Source of the DNA: Eubacteriales bacterium
GTDB lineage: Bacteria; Bacillota; Clostridia; Oscillospirales; CAG-272
Length of the DNA: 55,632 nt
NCBI GenBank assembly: GCA_045630385.1
Contig: JAZQTA010000064.1
Coordinates: 1-55,632, forward strand
Direction of reading: 5' to 3'
This document shows positions 52,338 through 55,632 of the stretch, in pieces. Made by a program: the position numbers and the translations under genes. The notes beneath the pieces are model-generated. The model had not been told where the DNA came from, did no database searches, and was given only the letters and a program-made list of their open reading frames with translations. Position 1 is the stretch's first letter, and every line of letters begins with the position of its first letter.

Positions 52338-55300
52338 TTACTTAAAGTACTTCACCGCAGAAGCAAAGAGCTTCATGTCGTATTCACCGGGCACGTTCTT
52401 GTAAAGCCCGTTTCCGATTCTCTCGGAGTGTCCCATCTTACCGAGCACGCGGCCGTCGGGAGAAAGAATACCCTCGATCGCGCACATGGAGTCGTTGGGG
52501 TTGTAGTGAATATCATCGGTTGCAAAGCCGTCAAGATCCACGTACTGCGTAGCGATCTGTCCGTTCTCGGCAAGCGATTTCAGCACGCCCTCTTCAGCAA
52601 GGAAGCGTCCCTCGCCGTGCGAGATCGGCACGTTGTAGATCTCGCCAACCTCGCAGCCTGCGAGCCAGGGAGAATTGTTGGTGCAAACGCGGGTGCGAAC
52701 GATGCGCGACTGGTGGCGTCCGATCGTGTTATAGGTCAGCGTGGGGCAATGCGCATCGGTGTCGATGATCTTGCCGTAGGGAACGAGTCCGAGCTTGATA
52801 AGAGCCTGGAAGCCGTTGCAGATACCGAGCATCAATCCGTCGCGCTTTTCAAGCAGATCGGTAACCGCCTCTTTTACTGCGCCGTTGCGGAAGAACGCCG
52901 TGATGAACTTACCCGATCCGTCGGGCTCGTCACCGCCGGAGAAGCCGCCGGGGATGAAGATGATCTGGGACTCTGCCGCTTTCTTCGCGAAGCTTTCCAC
53001 GCTTCTCGAAATGCCGGCGGAGGAAAGGTTATTGATAACGAAGATCTCTGCCTCTGCGCCCGCATCGCGAACGGCCTTCGCGCTGTCAAATTCGCAGTTC
53101 GTGCCAGGGAATACGGGGATAAGAACCTTCGGTCTTGCAACCTTTACGGCAGGTGCCTTGACGGTACCCTTGGTATAATTGAAATGAGGGATCTTCTTCG
53201 TCGTGCTCTGGATATTGCAGGGGAAGACGCTCTCAAGCTTTCCTTCGTAAACGGCCTGCAGATCCGCAAGGGCAAGTGCCGCGTCCTTATGTGCGATCTC
53301 CGCCTTCTCGGTGGTCTCACCGATCAGAAGGCCGTCGATCTCTTCGGTAGCCTCAATGAGGAACGAGCCGTAGGAGTAAGCGAAGAGAGGAGCGACGGCA
53401 AGAGCGGCGTCATACTTAAAGCCGATGCCGTTACCGATCGCCATCTTCAGAACCGCCTCTGCAACGCCGCCCATACCGAGGGTGTAGGTAGCAACTGCCT
53501 TGCCGGCTCTCTGGAGCTCGGTTACCTTGTCGAAGAGAGAAAGAAGGGAAGCGGTCACGGGAAGACCGTCACCGTCGTATTCGGGAGAAAGGAGGTAAAC
53601 CTTGTGGCCTGCCGCCTTGAATTCGGGAGAAACGATGTTCTGCACCTTGTCGGTCGTAACCGCGAAGGAAACGAGCGTGGGAGGAACGTCGAGCTTCTCA
53701 AAGCTGCCGCTCATGGAGTCCTTGCCGCCGATGGCCGCAATGCCGAGCTCCTTCTGTGCGCGGAAGGCACCGAGAAGCGCCGCCATGGGCTGGCCCCAAC
53801 GCTTGGGATCCTTGCCGGGGCGCGCGAAGTATTCCTGGAAGGTGAGGTAGGTGTCCTCGAAGGATGCGCCTGCCGCGATCAGCTTCGCCGCGGACTCAAC
53901 AACGGCGAGATACGCGCCGTGGTAGGGGCTCTTCTCGGAAACGAAGGGGTTGTAGCCGTAGGCCATCAGCGAGCAATCGTCCGTATGTGCCTTTTCCACG
54001 GAGATCTTGTGAACCATGGCCTGAATGGGCGTCTGCTGATGCTTGCCGCCGAAGGGCATAAGCACCGTGCCTGCACCGATCGTGGAGTCGAATCTTTCGG
54101 AAAGACCGCGCTTGGAGCAGGTGTTGAGATCGGAAGCAAGTGCGTTATATTCCTTGCAGAAATCGTCGGAAATATCACGAACATGCAAACTATACTTGTC
54201 AGTTTCAATGTTAATATGCTTTTCCGCACCGTTGGAGTTGAGGAATTCGCGGTCGATATCAACGATGATCTGACCCTTCCAATCCATCACGAGCTTCTTC
54301 TCCTCGGTGACGGTGGCAACCACGGTAGCCTCAAGGTTTTCGCTCTCGGCAAGGGCAATAAAGGCATCCTTATCCTCGGGCGCAACCACAACGGCCATTC
54401 TCTCCTGCGATTCGCTGATCGCAAGCTCCGTGCCGTCAAGGCCGTCGTATTTCTTGGGAACGGTGTCAAGATGAATGGAAAGTCCGTCCGCCAGCTCGCC
54501 GATCGCAACCGACACGCCGCCTGCGCCGAAATCGTTGCAGCGCTTGATCATGCGGCTCGCCGTCTCGTTGCGGAAAAGGCGCTGGAGCTTTCTTTCCTCG
54601 GGAGCGTTACCCTTCTGTACCTCTGCGCCGCAGCTTTCAAGAGATGCAACGGTGTGAGACTTGGAGGAGCCGGTTGCGCCGCCGCAGCCGTCACGGCCGG
54701 TGCGGCCGCCAAGAAGAATAACCACGTCGCCGGGTGCGGGACATTCGCGGCGAACACAGCGCTCGGGCGCTGCGGCGATCACCGCACCGATCTCCATGCG
54801 CTTTGCGGCGTAGCCATCGTGGTAGATCTCGTCAACAAGACCGGTAGCAAGACCGATCTGGTTACCGTAAGAGGAATAGCCTGCCGCCGCGGTGGTAACG
54901 ATCTTTCTCTGGGGAAGCTTACCCTCCATGGTTTCGGAAACGGGCTTCGTGGGATCGGCAGCACCCGTTACGCGCATTGCGCCGTAAACGTAGGAGCGGC
55001 CGGAAAGCGGGTCGCGGATCGCGCCGCCGATGCAGGTTGCCGCACCGCCGAAGGGCTCGATCTCGGTGGGATGGTTGTGCGTCTCGTTCTTGAAGAGAAG
55101 AAGCCAAGGCTCTGCCTTGCCGTCTACCTCAACCGTGATCTTCACGGTGCAGGCGTTGATCTCCTCGGACTCATCCAGCTTATCAAGCTTGCCGATCTTC
55201 TTCAGATACTTTGCGGCAAGCGTGCCGATATCCATGAGGTTCTGAGGCTTCGTTCTTTCGAGCGCCTCGCGGGTAGCGAGATAATCCTTGTAGGCCTCCT

Positions 55301-55520
55301 CAAGAAGCGGATCCTCGAAGGTAACCTTGTCGATCGTCGTGAGGAAGGTGGTATGGCGGCAGTGATCGGACCAATAGGTATCGATCATGCGGATCTCGGT
55401 GATGGTGGGGTTTCTCTTTTTAGAGATGAAATACTGCTGACAGAATGCGATATCGTCGATATCCATAGCCAGTCCGTAGTCCTTCACGAAGGCGGCAAGT
55501 CCGTCTCTGTCGAGTGCGGC
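52338..55520 (-). CDS. purL: phosphoribosylformylglycinamidine synthase (single-chain FGAM synthase), 5'-truncated or interrupted
   Basis: Motifs DTYWSDHCRHTTF and NETHNHPTEIEPFGGAATCIGG, and a C-terminal type-1 GATase (LGICNGFQAL, ISHGEGRF), identify it. The reading frame hits a stop at 55560-55562, although about 200 N-terminal residues expected for this enzyme class are missing. The upstream boundary is approximate. Confidence 0.85.
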   Translation of the reverse strand, partial: AALDRDGLAAFVKDYGLAMDIDDIAFCQQYFISKKRNPTITEIRMIDTYWSDHCRHTTFLTTIDKVTFEDPLLEEAYKDYLATREALERTKPQNLMDIGTLAAKYLKKIGKLDKLDESEEINACTVKITVEVDGKAEPWLLLFKNETHNHPTEIEPFGGAATCIGGAIRDPLSGRSYVYGAMRVTGAADPTKPVSETMEGKLPQRKIVTTAAAGYSSYGNQIGLATGLVDEIYHDGYAAKRMEIGAVIAAAPERCVRRECPAPGDVVILLGGRTGRDGCGGATGSSKSHTVASLESCGAEVQKGNAPEERKLQRLFRNETASRMIKRCNDFGAGGVSVAIGELADGLSIHLDTVPKKYDGLDGTELAISESQERMAVVVAPEDKDAFIALAESENLEATVVATVTEEKKLVMDWKGQIIVDIDREFLNSNGAEKHINIETDKYSLHVRDISDDFCKEYNALASDLNTCSKRGLSERFDSTIGAGTVLMPFGGKHQQTPIQAMVHKISVEKAHTDDCSLMAYGYNPFVSEKSPYHGAYLAVVESAAKLIAAGASFEDTYLTFQEYFARPGKDPKRWGQPMAALLGAFRAQKELGIAAIGGKDSMSGSFEKLDVPPTLVSFAVTTDKVQNIVSPEFKAAGHKVYLLSPEYDGDGLPVTASLLSLFDKVTELQRAGKAVATYTLGMGGVAEAVLKMAIGNGIGFKYDAALAVAPLFAYSYGSFLIEATEEIDGLLIGETTEKAEIAHKDAALALADLQAVYEGKLESVFPCNIQSTTKKIPHFNYTKGTVKAPAVKVARPKVLIPVFPGTNCEFDSAKAVRDAGAEAEIFVINNLSSAGISRSVESFAKKAAESQIIFIPGGFSGGDEPDGSGKFITAFFRNGAVKEAVTDLLEKRDGLMLGICNGFQALIKLGLVPYGKIIDTDAHCPTLTYNTIGRHQSRIVRTRVCTNNSPWLAGCEVGEIYNVPISHGEGRFLAEEGVLKSLAENGQIATQYVDLDGFATDDIHYNPNDSMCAIEGILSPDGRVLGKMGHSERIGNGLYKNVPGEYDMKLFASAVKYFK

Positions 55521-55632
55521 GCTACGGTATACGATGCGGCACAGGCAGCTGAGCTTATATCAAGAGAGGTGCTGTGCGCTACGGTAAACGGCGAGGTAGT
55601 CGAGCTGAGCTATGCTCTTTGCTCTGACGCTG
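55521..55632 (+). other. plus-strand coding potential resembling the N-terminal TGS domain of threonyl-tRNA synthetase (runs off the window)
   Basis: The in-frame translation GATVYDAAQAAELISREVLCATVNGEVVELSYALCSDA fits the ThrRS N-terminal pattern G.T..D.A..I......A.A.KVNGE.VDL...L..D. No start codon is visible, and all minus-strand frames are closed here. Confidence 0.3.

Noticed and set aside
1-55632. I looked for rRNA, tRNA (T-loop GGTTCGA-type motifs), regularly spaced CRISPR-like repeats, transposase/IS ORFs and phage structural genes.
   Set aside because: None could be recognised. The only recombinase is the small tyrosine recombinase at 27359-28198. This was a search by eye, so short or degenerate elements could have been missed.

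Overview
This is a 55.6-kb chromosomal window from a moderately GC-rich, Clostridia-like Firmicute, judged from gene content, GGAGG-type ribosome-binding sites (RBSs) and hairpin/T-run terminators. I support about 47 protein-coding genes and found no rRNA, tRNA, CRISPR array or transposase. Most of the window is housekeeping or carbohydrate metabolism. It starts with a recD2 3' end, an mreB-like gene, a threonine aldolase, and a GH2 (glycoside hydrolase family 2) enzyme with an AraC regulator. Next comes an amino-sugar operon, nagB / TIM-barrel isomerase / Gfo-Idh-MocA oxidoreductase / nagA. This is followed by cardiolipin synthase, an OmpR/histidine-kinase pair, an N-acylglucosamine 2-epimerase, murA and pdxK. 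A set of signal-peptide-less glycosidases (GH106-like, GH78, GH31 and one unassigned) is controlled by AraC regulators. The remainder holds a plsY / methyltransferase / tsaE / tsaB / rpiB operon, then fhs and purL. The stand-out locus is 24.8-28.4 kb, which looks more AT-rich by eye. There, two perfect 25-bp inverted repeats (27060-27084 and 27306-27330) bracket a 221-bp cassette. The cassette carries a near-consensus extended -10 promoter and a one-directional intrinsic terminator. A small tyrosine recombinase gene lies immediately on one side. On the other side is a 661-aa secreted protein that fuses a TasA/camelysin-like N-terminus to a parallel beta-helix. I read this as a candidate recombinase-driven invertible promoter (phase-variation switch), captured here in the ON orientation. 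Secondary points of interest:
- a FliB-like Cys-rich protein paired with a stand-alone Ntn glutamine amidotransferase;
- the oxidoreductase/TIM-barrel pair embedded in the nag operon;
- a membrane-anchored MerR with a 19-bp-spacer promoter that heads an ABC operon;
- an AraC-linked operon combining creatininase-family, metal-ligand-poor M24, beta-helix and DUF4432 proteins;
- an abrupt discontinuity at the right edge, where purL loses its 5' end and the opposite strand reads like a ThrRS-type TGS domain.

All family assignments come from motifs I recognise by eye. No database search was run.
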